The position numbers and the translations under genes were made by a program. The notes beneath the pieces are model-generated. The model was not told the DNA's origin. It was given only the letters and a program-made list of their open reading frames with translations, and did no database searches. From NCBI GenBank assembly GCA_964247055.1, contig OZ176052.1:2356001-2420000 (forward strand): 64,000 nt of DNA, written 5' to 3'. Below, one piece after another: positions 13,722 to 27,971 of this stretch. Position 1 is the first letter of the stretch. Each line of letters starts with the position of its first letter. The DNA comes from Paragordius varius (Eukaryota > Animalia > Nematomorpha).

Positions 13722-16458
13722 ATAATTGGGTATTTTAGTAACCTCTTGGGAATATTTTTATAACATTAAAAAATAAAAAATCAATAGCTTATTCACCGAT
13801 TTCTTCAATTTTATAAGTGTTTTATATGGTTAAATACTTAACATCTGAAAATTTTTGAAATATAGGTTAATTCGATACTATCAAATATATATTGTGATTT
13901 AGATAAATGAGTACTTTACAAAGATTCATTTTCCGACTCTATGGAATATAAAATTTTTTGCCATATATTAAAACTTTTCATTTGAATATTTTGAAATTAA
14001 TGAAATTTTAATAAAAAAATTCTTACGTTATGGCCATTTTTTGGAAATATATCATTTGTATTTAATGATTATATATTAAATGTTTTAATATGTGCATGCT
14101 CGAAAACAAAATTTGTAGATCAGTATAATTGAGCTAGGCTTGCTTGATTGAAATTTCAATGCGCTTTTATAAATAACTAATCAAGAATTTTGAACAAAAG
14201 CTAATAATCATATATGATAAATATAATGCAAGGGTGTGGTAGTTACAAAAAAATTTGGACAGATCAGATTTAATATTTTTTTTATGTTAAGGGCCACATA
14301 AAAAAGATGAGTGTTTATAGGTTATATATGCAGGCACTTATGAACTAAATCATTACACCAAGATTATTTGCGAGTCATACGCACTTATTTTGATGATAAC
14401 ATCTGCAAAATAGACATATTTTACTACTAAACAATATTTTTTGACAAATCTGGTTATCATAACAGGTCAATCTAAAGTCACTCCTTAAATCTTCCTAACA
14501 TATATTTTTATGCCGCCTCGATGTAAGTTAAGATCAAATAATAAGGATAACTGCAACTTATTTTATATTTTATTATTTATTTGGCACATCTTGCTAAAAC
14601 TCAATATACACTTATCCTTTTTCGGCTTTTTAAGGATCCTAACCCATATAAACGTATCTCAAAAATTGACCTTCTAAGCTCATACAAAAAATTCGCTACG
14701 CATTGTTTTGCAAAATATATTTTGCAACAAACAAAACTAAAATATTCAGTTTTATTAGCTAATAATACAAAAATTAATTTAATGTGCGCTAGATTTTTGA
14801 TATTTCTTTATTAGATGATTCCGTTAAACAAATTCTATATCTTACCTAAATAATTTTTAGGACCGAAACTAAAATAACCACAACCTGATATATTTCAATA
14901 CCACAATACATGTATTATAAGGATATAGTTAATAACCCCCTAATGTGTGAGTATGACATTTAAGATATATTCCACACTAATCAACATCAACTCTGCTAAA
15001 GGTTCACTAAAAGTTACGGATAAAAATAAGATGTCATCTTCAAACTATATACAAAAAATAAGTTCCTACTCTATTTTAGTTTGATTATGCGCAGACCGCA
15101 TCTCAATTTTTTATAATGCCAAATCCTTCTCTACAACATATATGACTAACGGCCATTTTACATTTTACATAGTCTGTTAGATTATCCGACATTTTTGACA
15201 ATTACATTTTTTGAGAGCTTTTTCCCAGTTATTATTTGCTATTGAATAACTAACTTAAGTATTATTAGTCAATATGTTATTCAAATGCTTCTCATAAAAT
15301 TTTTAAATGGACTTTCCTTGTTTATAATAGTTTAAACAAGGTAGATCCACAACTTGACTTTTATACAGAACTACCTAAGTATTTTTATGGTCATTAATCA
15401 AATAATTTAACTTACTTCTGTGCTTTTAAACCCATTTCGGACCGTGTTATCCTTCGGGTTAGAGGTAACCATGAAACTTTAGAAATTTTATTTAAAAAAC
15501 TTAATTTTAAAATAGTCATTAATCATTTTATATTAATAATTTAATAGGTATTGTAATTATTCCTGGCTGGCAAAAACAATTTTTATTCCGATCTCTGTAA
15601 TAAAATTCATGCGATAAAATGTTAGCACCCAAATATCCAGAAACCGTGGAAAGTTAATTAATATGTTGATATTCAATTATATAATTAGAGTGAGTGGACT
15701 AAATTATATTTTTTATTAATAGCAGGGTCGTTAAAATTAAGATTGGATTTTTTTATATAAAACAACAGGAACTAACTTTTGTATACGTTTTCTGTAATTT
15801 TTACAAGGTGCTAAGGAAAGAAAGTGATTTTTCCTATTTATTTTTTTTTAGAAATAAAAACAATCTTTTACTCTTTACATAATTAATAATGTTGATGGCG
15901 TTAGCGATGCGTGGCATAGAAATAGGGAGAATGGATTTTTATTTTGCGGCATATTTATCGATTTCCTATCATCCATCATTACTCATTGCATGCAAATAAA
16001 ATTTATATCTATATTTACATTTATAATTATGTTTTTTTTTGTTTTATATTTTAATATTTTTGCATAATAATTGTAAAAATAAATAAATAATTTTTTTTGT
16101 TAAATTAACATTTAATATGATATTTTCGTATCGTTGTGATTTTTATTCGGTATCGCTAGAAGTTAGAGCGTAATTTTTAGCAGTTAAATATATAAAGAAT
16201 ATAAAAATCATGCCTCTTAAAAGATATATTATATTTCAATGAGTTATATATTTATAACAATATTTTTAACTAATTAAACCATCCATTATTTATATATAAT
16301 ACACCAAAATGTAATTAAATTAGTATTAATATAAATTAAAAAGCAATTTTTAACACCTCTATACCTACATATATGTTATCAAAAACAAGGTTTCTCTAAA
16401 AAACCTCTGAAAATCAGATCCAAAATCAATATTTTTAACATAGTGTTCACACCTTTCA

Positions 16459-16490
<32 letters not shown>

Positions 16491-17699
16491 TAATTTTACT
16501 AAAAATTAAATATCATTATATATTTTTAATAATTCAGCAAATTAGCAAATAAATAATTTTCAGCAAAAAAATCAATCGTAACATTTTGCATTTGATAATT
16601 TCACCGATATATTGTTACCAATAAATAATATATAATATATATAAAATCATAATTTTCCAATTTTTTTGTTTATTATCTTCCCAAACAAATTTTTATGTTA
16701 ACATTATTTAAGAGAAATATATGTAAAAATCATTATTCTTTGAACTGTAACTCTGTATAATAATCATGTATATTAGTAAAACAAAATAAATTTTTAGCAA
16801 TCTTATATATATATACTAAATATAAATCCTTATTTTCTGTTTTTCAAAATGAACATCTTCAATCATGTTAGATATATTTCTGATATTTGCCTTAACAGAA
16901 ATGCTCCTGTTGCACAGAAACTTCATATCATTAATCCCTGCCTTTTTTTCATTTTTTTTCTATACATATATTATGTATGTATTGATCAAGAAGCGCGGAA
17001 AATCAAAAAAATCTTTTATTAAACATGTTTGCTGCTTAGCTAGATAGCTAACTAGCTAACTATATAAATATATCTAGAAATGATGTGCTCTCCTAACAAA
17101 AACAAAACATCCATCGTTTGCGCTATTCTTATGTATAATAATCATTAACTGTATGTATATTTATATATTTACGAGGCGAACATTATTTCTGAATATCATA
17201 ATAATATAAATATCCCAAGAAAATATATGTATGTCATATACCTGAATAATTAACATTGTGATTGTTTTCAGGCTCTCTCTCTGTTCATGACCACCAGAAA
17301 AAAAAGATAATTTATTTTTTTGGTAAAATTTTATAAACTTCTCACAGACGATTAAATGGTACCAAATTAAATGTTTCATTTTTATTTTTTGACAATATAT
17401 ATTATTATTGTTGTTTAAACTATGTTTCCCGCCAATTATCATTATTACTGAGTTTAATTTTATACCATCACTTATATCCATCACGATTCCTAACAAGTAA
17501 ATACTATTTAAAATTGATATAATAATCATAATTTTGACTTTTTGCCGTTTTAATACACTATTAAGTTAAAACCTCTATTTGAATCAACATGTGCCGCTCA
17601 AAGAGAAGTTTTAGGACTCTTTATAAATTTGATATTTGTTTTATATATATCAAGTAAAAACTATAATATGATTAAATAGTTTTATGATCAAGAGTTCTT

Positions 17700-18900
17700 T
17701 TTAAGTTACCGCTTGCTTGGGCTTAGGTTTTTTCATGATGAATTAATGCAAGTTTTTATAACAAATGTTTTAAGGTTTGTGTTAACGTGTTTTAGGTGAT
17801 ATATAGAAACGTTCGAAATAAAAAAAACTTTTAATACATCCATCAAGTTGTGCATGGAAAACATTTTTTTTGTTAAAATACTCGGAATCCCAGTTCGAAA
17901 ATGAGCGGTACATTTTAGATTATTGGAACTTGTTAATGGCAGGGAATTTTAATTTAATTCATTGCATTTCGTAAAAATGTTCTATTCATTTTCATTGATA
18001 ATTTACTAAATAAAAGATAAAAATATATTTGCATGAGCCACGTTGGAGTATCGTGATGTATGATTATTAAATAAATAATCTTACTTAACACACTAATTAA
18101 TTATTCAAGTTTTCCCTCCCATTTTTATTATGTAATCAATTAATTCTCAATTGTAGTTTTTAAGATAATATGTATATTTTTAAATCCAAAAATTTTGTCA
18201 AATTTTTTAATTCCATAGCGATGCATGACCGCTAATGTTACTTGTATATAAATTATTTTTAGTGTTTTCATTTTACATATATCACAGTATGCATTGATCG
18301 ACTGCAATGTCCGTCATCTTAAAACTCTATTTGCTGACAAAGATTGATTTGCCAAAATGTTTCTTACAATAGAATTTAGGTTGATAATTAGTTTGCTTCT
18401 ACAATTGTACATTAAACTAAAAGTGTATCCTGACTTGATTTGAAAGTTTTTCTTCAATTTTCGCATAATTTTAACAAATATGTTTTTTAAATGTTTAACC
18501 ATTTGGAGTATCCTGATATTCATCATATCTGGCATAAGTAATCCATATTTTTATTTCAATCTTTGCCTAAGCCAGGTAAGAAGTAACTCTGATACACCAT
18601 CCAGTCAGACCATTCAACCTTAGATTGAAACACCTCTCTTTCTATTTAATGCATTTCCACTTTGAATAACATACATTGTTGCGAATGTGTGTTACCTGAT
18701 TTAAAATCCATTATGCTACAAAAAATATTATGTTTTTTTACCATTTTTGCTTGGCCAAAAATCATTTTATTAACATTGTATAGGATTTTATCCTTAGTAT
18801 GAATTATATTACAATCTATAAATTTTAAGGTGATAATATAAAATTCTGAATTTATATCTGGCATAAAAAAGGACGCAAGGAGAAAAAATCAAAGTTTTTA
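17700..18900 (-). mobile_element. Possible highly decayed MULE/Mutator-like transposase remnant
   Basis: In-frame fragment MTDIAVDQCIL*...NISGHASLWN*KI*Q loosely resembles the MULE MTDFE..A....GC.FH....WRKIQ motif. Boundaries unknown; weak. Confidence 0.3.
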
Positions 18901-19376
18901 AAGTTTTCTTTAATTAATTTTTTCTTTTTACCTTTTTTATGAGTTGAAATACTAAAATGGTATAAAATACCTCTTATGCTCTCATTAATATGTATATAGG
19001 TATTAGGTCTTTTTTATCTGGATTTTGTTATGGTCTCTAATTTATTTTTATCCAACTTAGATGCATATATCCTGACAAAAATGGACGCAGACAATTTAAA
19101 TCTGGTGAGCTAATTAAAGGATTTTACGAAATTTTTTGAATCACCAACTATAAAATTATCGCATTAACAAAATGAATCCGTACCAAATTTTTATAACAAT
19201 GGATGCGCGCTTAAGCAATAACACTAAACCTTTGCATCGCTATGATATAGCTTACTTGGAAAAAAAGATATATGGCAAATTAAAATACACTATACCATGT
19301 TTACTAAAAATCAAAATTTTCAATTAATCCATCCAATTTAATACATTTCTATTATGCTAAACTAACATCATGAATT

Positions 19377-22187
19377 ATGAGTACGTATGGTGGTAATTAT
19401 CGGACTACGCATTACTCTCCACCCAGTAAAACAAATTTCAGTCGCCAGCAATGGCTCAACACTTACAGCAGAACTAATAAAGCAGGAGGAGGAGGTGGTG
19501 GCGGTCCCATATATGTAGCTACACATGCATCTACGCTACCGCTGTACCCTAAAACCGGGGCTCAGTTAGTTTTTTATGACACGTCTCCTAAAACTGAATA
19601 CGATATTCGGCAAGAGGAATGTTTGAAGGAACGTTATTGGTGGAGTTTTCTCCTCTCCTCTATCCTTAGTTTTGCGGGTTGTGTCTTTCTAGTCCTGGCT
19701 TACCGTGGTTTATGTTGGGCTTGGGACCAATATTGGGCTCGTCGGCAACTTAAAGCACAATCCGAATTGTTTGGGAATTATTACATAAATCGGGCAAAAA
19801 AGGTTGGTAACGTTTCTGCTCACAACACAAATAACAGTAGTACACCTGGTGGTCATTATGTCTTATCATGTTGCAGAGCATTTAAACAATTTTGGCGACA
19901 AACTTGTTATAGGTATTGTTGTAGATACTTGCATACATCTTGGTTATCTCGAGGTAAAAAGGGTAAAACATCTGTATTCTTGCTTCCCGGAGAATTGGGA
20001 AATGCTCCTGATGCTTCATATCAGTCAGGTGGAAATCTGGAATCACGTAAAAAAATTCCTTCCCTGTACAGTTTATCACAGCTACATACGAATCTATCGA
20101 ACCGCGGTTCAGCCTATGATCTCAATAGCAAATGTAAATATGAACCGCTAAAAACTATAATAACTACTGCAACGTCACCAAACGCCGAAACGGAAACAAC
20201 TCAATTACTCCTCACAACACAAGATAAGCAAGGTAAAGAGACGAAAAAAGTTATGATAGTATCAACAACCCAAAACAATCCATCCACATCTCAGTTACTG
20301 CCATCTCGCATAAAATCCGCCCTAGCCTCTTCAAACAAGAAAGGCGGAGGTCTTGTTGGAACTAAAACTGAAAATACCACGTCTTCTCCGTTCAAAACTA
20401 AAGCGCGAAATGTTATCACAGACAATGCAATGGCAAATAAATCACCACTAGGGCAAAGTTTAAACACCGGCGGAACCGGTATAGTTAAAAGTATGAGCAG
20501 TAATCAGATCAATATTCTTGGCCATGTCCCCGTGGAAAAGGACAAGGCTCTCGTCTCAAACGTTAGGGGTGGAGCTGGTGTCAGACACCATACAACCAGC
20601 ACGGCTGGACGCTCCTCAGAAAGAGAAGGTGGTGGTCAAGGCGGGCCCTTTTTATTGGGTGCGGGTGCGGACACAGCTAATAAAGGTCCTCAACAAACCT
20701 CATCTTTCGTATGGATCGCCGAAGCTAAGGATTGGGCTGGAGAGCTTATGTCAGGACAAACTATCACAGGACGTATTCTGGTATATCTTATTTTTTTATT
20801 ATTAATATTAATGCATATGCAATTCTCGACTTGGTTGATTAAATTTATTTATGACTGTTAGCTTACTAAGTTTAGTATAAGTAAAATTATTTTTGTTTTA
20901 TTATAACGTTCGACATGGATTACTACTTGTAGTAATTATTCATGTATAAAATAGATTCAATTATAACTGAATTTAAATAATTCCAATTTATGTGATAATA
21001 AAATACTGAATGGTTTCAGTTGGTAACTCTTTTGCATAAAAAAATTGTTTTATATTACACCAAAAAAACCTCATAGGTTTAATGTTTCCTCGCATTATGT
21101 TTATTGAATTTTTGTCATCAAAAATTGGACAAAAAAATCAAATTTATTGGATATGTACTTTAGATAAAAGTGACTATTCTAATATATGTAAAATAATAAT
21201 GATATTTAGGTTATTGACTCTTTCATTATGCATTTTTTAACATTAATTTTTTTATTCAAATATTATATTGTAATAAATAATAATAATAATGCTGCAATGG
21301 ACCAATGTTAAAAATAGGATAAAATAATTTATAAAACCATTATATATTAATTTTAAATAATTTTAGTTTATTTATTGTGTAATAAAATTTGGAGAAAATG
21401 AAATGTGCTTGAAGAATAAGTTTCATCATTATTGCTTATGAATATTCATAAAAAAGAAAAAATTGTAAAATATTAAAATATTTTATCCTAGCTTAATAAC
21501 TTAAAACTTATCATAATTTTGATTAAAATAAAAATTGTAAAATTATTTGGATTGATTATTTATTAAGCTGCGGATTTCATATGAAAAGATGCATTAACAT
21601 GTTCATTCAAAAAATAATTTGAAATTGTATTATAATTTATTGATGTAAGAAATAAACTACATTTATTATTTGGACAATTCAAATAAATGTAATCAAAAAA
21701 ATAATCTTTATTCGTGATTTACTTATATTTTTAACAATAATTTATTTTTTAAAAATAAAATAATGATTTAAGGTAAGCAGTCTAAAAACTTTTTGCTTAA
21801 TAACTTAATAAGTGATGAGGTCTGCGGTCTTACAATACATACAAATTTTGAAATTATAGAATAGATCTGTTTATAATATTTGTAGTATATATAACCAATT
21901 TACATATTAATACCGACATTATTATTTTATTCATCCGCAATGTTTAGAAATGAAAAAAAAATATATTTTTATTTTAGGTCTTCCTAGTTTTTTTGTTAAG
22001 CATAGCTTCACTTGTCATTTACTTTATCGATGCGTCGCGGGAACATGTTGAATCTTGCAAAGATTGGTCATCAAGCACCACTCAGCAAGTGGATTTGGCG
22101 TGCAATATATTTTTCATGGTGTACTTCCTTATAAGGGTAAATTAAAATTTTGATTCTTTTTTAGTAACATATTTATAACATATTTAT

Positions 22188-22238
<51 letters not shown>

Positions 22239-25200
22239 TAGCGTCAATCTCGTGCTGCTACGCAGCCCGAGGAAGTCCTTCGGACTTTTTTTTTTGGGGG
22301 GGGGGGGGGGGGCTATTTGAAAAAAATTATTTCGAAACATTATTTAATAGCTATGATCTCATAGGAATTTCAAAACGATGTATTCATACTAATATATTGT
22401 TTACTTGGGCGAAAAATAGATTCAAAAAATTATTTTTGTGGACTTTGTTTTTTGAAAAAAATGGCATTTTACGGAGGGAGCGGGTAAAAAGAGGTAATAT
22501 CCTATACATATGATAGATAAATAAATAATAAAATAAAAAACTAATACGATTTTATGTTTAACATTAATAATGTATAATTAATCATTTAATTGTCTCGTTT
22601 AAATATTGAGATAGACAATTTTATATGAAATGAGCATAATATATTTTTGATTTTATAAGCAATTTAGTTTTGCGGCACGAAGTTTTAAAATAATTCACAT
22701 AGTCTCATAGGTTTTCTGAAATTTGGCTCCAAAGGCACGCTGTATCGATATGATGGCGCAGTTTAGGCGGGTAGTCCCCTACCCAGAGGCCAATATATAA
22801 ATGTGGTTAGATAAAAAAAGATTTCTTTATACCTGAAATCATCGTTCATTCCTAATAATTTATGGAAGAAATGCTTCAAAACTAAATAATAGTTTAATGA
22901 TAGCGCACTTTTTAGGGCGTAAAGGGCCTATTTAAACGCTAATTTAAAAAACCCCAAGACTGAATTTTAGATTTTTACGGGTAATATTTTAAGCATCTAT
23001 TGAACTCATATGGCCTAATTGGTTTTCTGAAATTTAGCCTTAAGAGCCTGCGATTTCGATATGACGGGTCAGTTTTTCGCGGGTAGCTCCTTACTCAGCA
23101 GCTATCATCAAAGAAATGCTTGATTAAAATTTTTGCTTTTTAACAGGGAATACGTAGAATCCTTATTGAATTTTTACGGTCTCATACCTTTGGCGAATAA
23201 TAGATTCAAAAAATTATTTTTGTGGACTTTGTTTTTTGAAAAAAATGGCATTTTACGGGGGGGAGAGGGTAAAAAGAGGGTTTAAATTAAAAAAGCGAAC
23301 CGAGTATTTTCGGAGAAATCGAAAATAACTAAACAAAAATCATATTTGAAATTGAATGGTCCAACACGTTCTCCAGAAAATTGTCTCAAAGACACGATTA
23401 TTGTGGACTTCTGTTTTCAAAAAAACCGTTTTTCACACGGGGTGGGCCCGAACTGGGGGCCTAATTCAAAAAAGGGCGAAGCTATTGCCGCGCATTTATT
23501 AATGATTATATTTTTTGGAAATTTGGATTTGAATGGGTCTACCGGTTTTCCGGAAACAGATCACAAAGCCAGCATTTTCCATTTTTATAAATATATTGAT
23601 ATATATGTGTATATGTATATATGTATATATACATATATATAGAGAGAGAGAGAGAGCTAAGTTGAGCAATAAAAAAATAATATAAAGTCTTACCGCTTGT
23701 GGGTGCAGACATTTTCATGGTCATAACTACACTTATTTAATACCACAAATTCACTTGCCACTAAAAATTCAAATAATCACTAATATTGATTCTCTTATAT
23801 TCTCAATTTATAATATTCTACCCCATAGAATATTAAATTTTGTTAATATTTAATTTATATGTGCATTATCATTTTTTTGAATTCGACTGGTATTTTCAAA
23901 AGCGATCACACAGTCGTAATAAAATGGAATATATAACCGTACCTAACCCTGATAATATATGGATTAAAATAGAAAATTATGATTATAATTATAAATGTGT
24001 ATGCTTTATCAATGTCGTTTGTGTTATTAAGTTATTATATAAAAAACTGTTAAGAATTTAAAAAAACAGCAAAGACTAAAATAATATATACGGCAAATAT
24101 ATGATCAATATATTTACCATAAGATATACCATACTTTCTTTGTAATAATTGTAAGTTTCAATGTGTTTTCTATAAAAGACAGTTGAAGCGCACGTAGATA
24201 TAAATTAATTTTTTATTATAATACTCTTTAAATTAATGATTTTATTAGCGATTTATACACTTCAGTAGCGGCAACCACTTAGTTAAAAACCAATGAACAC
24301 CCTGAATATTTATGAAATTTAAAAGCATTGTTTGACAACAATTGACACACGTAAAACTTGTTCCGCTTTAAAAATTATTCAGAACACCATTTGAAATCTT
24401 AAAGCGCAAACTCACTATAGATAATTAGGTAAATGCGAGTTATGATATGTTAAACGTGATTCCTCCCGCCCTAATAATAATTCTCAATCAATAAACTATT
24501 TTGGAAAGCGTAATTATCTGATTTCACTGACAATATAGCAATTATTTAATGAATCTTGATTTAAAATTATCTAAAATACAAGCTGTCCTAAATATGTGGA
24601 ACCATTAAAAGTCAATTCAATATACTTACCATTTGTTGAAACAACTTGGAAGAAATGACATAATTTCTATAATTAGGGTGTTATATCAGTTAATATCCAT
24701 ATCCTCTTATAATAAGTTCCAAACCCTATCTTGTCCTTTAACTATGCTTTTTAATCCCCTTTCGTTCTTTCCCTACCGTCAAAAATATAATCAGATAATT
24801 TTTAGTGGTTAAAATATGCCAACACATAAAATAATATACTCTGAATTTGTTATACAGTAATGGGTGTACGAAGAATTGGTAAAAATTAAACATCGATTTT
24901 TTCTGGTCCATTAATTTTTTTCTATAGTTTTTTCTACAATCACAAAAAATGTTTAGTAGATATAGATATGTGCGTAACAGCATAGTTAGTTTGATAAATG
25001 ATTTTGCACTAAAGATAAGTCCATTATCCTGATTACATTTTAGTTTTCTAAAAATAAAAGGAGCGATGCGTTTTTAAAAATAGCCTCTTTGACATCCTTG
25101 TCTTTTGATATATATATTATATGGGGTATTTACAGTAAAGTTTATTATTATTTTTTTAAAAATAACCAAATTGTATAATATTATTTTTATACAGTTTATA

Positions 25201-27921
25201 GCAGCAAGTGATAAACTGTGGTTTCTGTTTGAACTTTACTCCCTAGTGGATTACTTCACTATACCCCCGTCCTTTATGGCCATCTATTTAAATCGCAATT
25301 GGATAGGTTAGTTGAGATTTAATAATTTTGAAATTACTCTCAAATTTATAAAAATATTGATAGTTTTTAACAATAATTTCGAAACGTAGCATTATAATAT
25401 TTGTGAAAATATACTTCAAAAAGCTTTACAATTAATCTTGTTGAAAACGAGAGCTAAAAATATACAGTCATGAATCCTTTATTTTTTTTTAAATTTATTT
25501 TTTTTCGTTAAATGGGTTTTTGGTAAAGAATGGAAAAAACAAGAGCTCTATAGTAATTCTTATACTTTTTGATAAATATGATATTGTTAATAATATAGAG
25601 CTCTTTTTTTCATTCTTTACCAAATATTTATACCCATTTAACGAAAAAAAATAAATTTTTGTTAAAATAAAGGATACATGACTGTAAGTGTTTTTTTAAC
25701 CTAAAACTTAGCATTTAGGCATTATTTTTTTCTAACTTTTCTAATTTTTAAAACAAGTTTTTGCTGGCATAAGAAAGCTCTTTAAAATTTAAATTCTATG
25801 AATAGCAATGATCTTCGCACAGATTAATATTTAAACCAATTTAAGTGTCATGGTTAAAAAAAGGCACGTAACTTAAACATATCCTAAATTCGAAAAAAAA
25901 TTTTGAAATATAATTTTTACCAATTGGCTTTATTATATATCAGATATATGGAATTGACCAATTATCCTAATAGATCATTTACAAAATCAAACGGCTTATT
26001 TAAATGGTTTTATAAGTTTCAACATTAGCCAATGAATTTTATGGGTTTATAGAAGCTTATTTAGATTTAAAGTTGTATACTAAATAAAATATGATCGCAG
26101 CAAGCATTAGAATTTAGATATATAATATATTATTTTTAATGCGGATACAACTTAAAACGATGCAACTTGTATTTTTTTTGAAACCGTTTTGATTTTGGTG
26201 GTTGGTTTGACTAGTATTATTTACTTATAAAATTTTCAATATGGTGAGATTTAGGCACTTCCCTGCCTCAATTTGTTGTAAGGATTTCTTGTGTCTTTAA
26301 TCAGAAAATATTGGTTAATATTAAAATTAACCTATTATACAAAAATAAAATGAATATAATTAGGTATATCTATATCATCCTACGTTAATCATAAATGTAC
26401 CTAAGCGTTTATATATATATAAATATATAAAATCTTGGTAACAAAAAAGCTATATATTATTATATCTATCATTTATTTAGGTCTTAGATTTCTTAGAGCT
26501 GTTCGACTCATGTCAGTACCTGATATCTTGCAATATCTCAACATTCTCAAAACTAGTCTTTCCATACGTCTCACTCAACTTGTCTTCTTTTTCATTAGCG
26601 TTTGGTTAACGGCCGCTGGCATAGTGCATTTAGTAAATATGTTTAATTTATTAAAGCGATAATAATTATTAACTATATAGTGTGTTTATATAACTAAAAA
26701 TATGTGTTTTTAAAAGAGTGAAATTATAAAAACCGAAGGTAAAAACATAAAGACGAATATTTTTTCTAGAATTCTTTTTTAAACTATATTTTTTTCTATA
26801 TAAACTATTTAATTACAATTGTAAAATATGGAATTGATGTTTTCCTTTTCATATTCCATAATTTAAAACAACGAGTGAGTTATATTTAAGCAAAACAAGT
26901 TTTAAAAACAATAGCGGTCTTTTGGAAAAAAAAATTGTTTATTAATTGATTTTGTCTGTAAAATATAAATTTCTTAAAATGATACCAAATCACATAGCTT
27001 TTACCATGTGTTTTATATTTTTGACTGGTTACACAAATAAGGTCGGAGTCGTCTTTGCGAAAAACATAAAATTAATAATTGTTATTTTCTCTGAATACAG
27101 TTAGAAAATTCTGGGGATCCATTTTATAACTTTGAGAATGTTCATCCACTAACATACTGGGAAGCGACATATTTTGTCCTAGTTACTATGTCAACTGTTG
27201 GCTATGGTGACATTCATTGTCAAACCGTTTTGGGTCGCTTTTTCATCGTGTTTTTCATCATGTTTGGACTTGTACGTTTTTTGCTTATACAGCTTATCTA
27301 ATTATTTTTTTATTTATTATTTTCACTTATGATTGCCAATAAAAAATAATGATTAATTTTTCTAGGCCATGTTTGCAAGTTACATTCCAGAAATATTTCA
27401 GCTCATAGGGACTCGCCAAAAATATGGGGGCGAATATTCCCGAGAACGATGCAAAAAGTACAATAGCAAACCTTTTTTTATTATAAAATATGCCTTTTAT
27501 GGATATCACAACATTATTTTCTGTATGTTTAGACACGTTGTGGTGTGTGGACACATCACTTACGCCTCAGTTTCTACATTCCTTCAAGATTTTCTGCATG
27601 AGGATCGTGAAGATACTGACGTGCAAATTGTATTTATTCACAGGTACTTTTTTTAAGATTCAAATCCATTTTTTAATTATCCAGTACCAATTGAAACTTC
27701 GAATTCCGCCTTAAACATTTTATACTCTCCTAAAATTCACCCTTGAACACTTTAAATTTACCTTTTAAATATTTGTAATTTCACTCATAAACATATCAAA
27801 TCTCTCTCTATCAATTTATTTTCTGGGCTATATCAACTTATAATTGTGAAGAATATTCATTTTTGGGTATAATTGTCATTTTTTATCACTCCATACTGTT
27901 TTTTACAATTTACAATACTTT

Positions 27922-27971
<50 letters not shown>

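Noticed and set aside
13950-15500. Possible decayed hAT/BED transposase on the minus strand (CHTHTL-like fragment)
   Set aside because: Only one weak motif, no termini, many stops.
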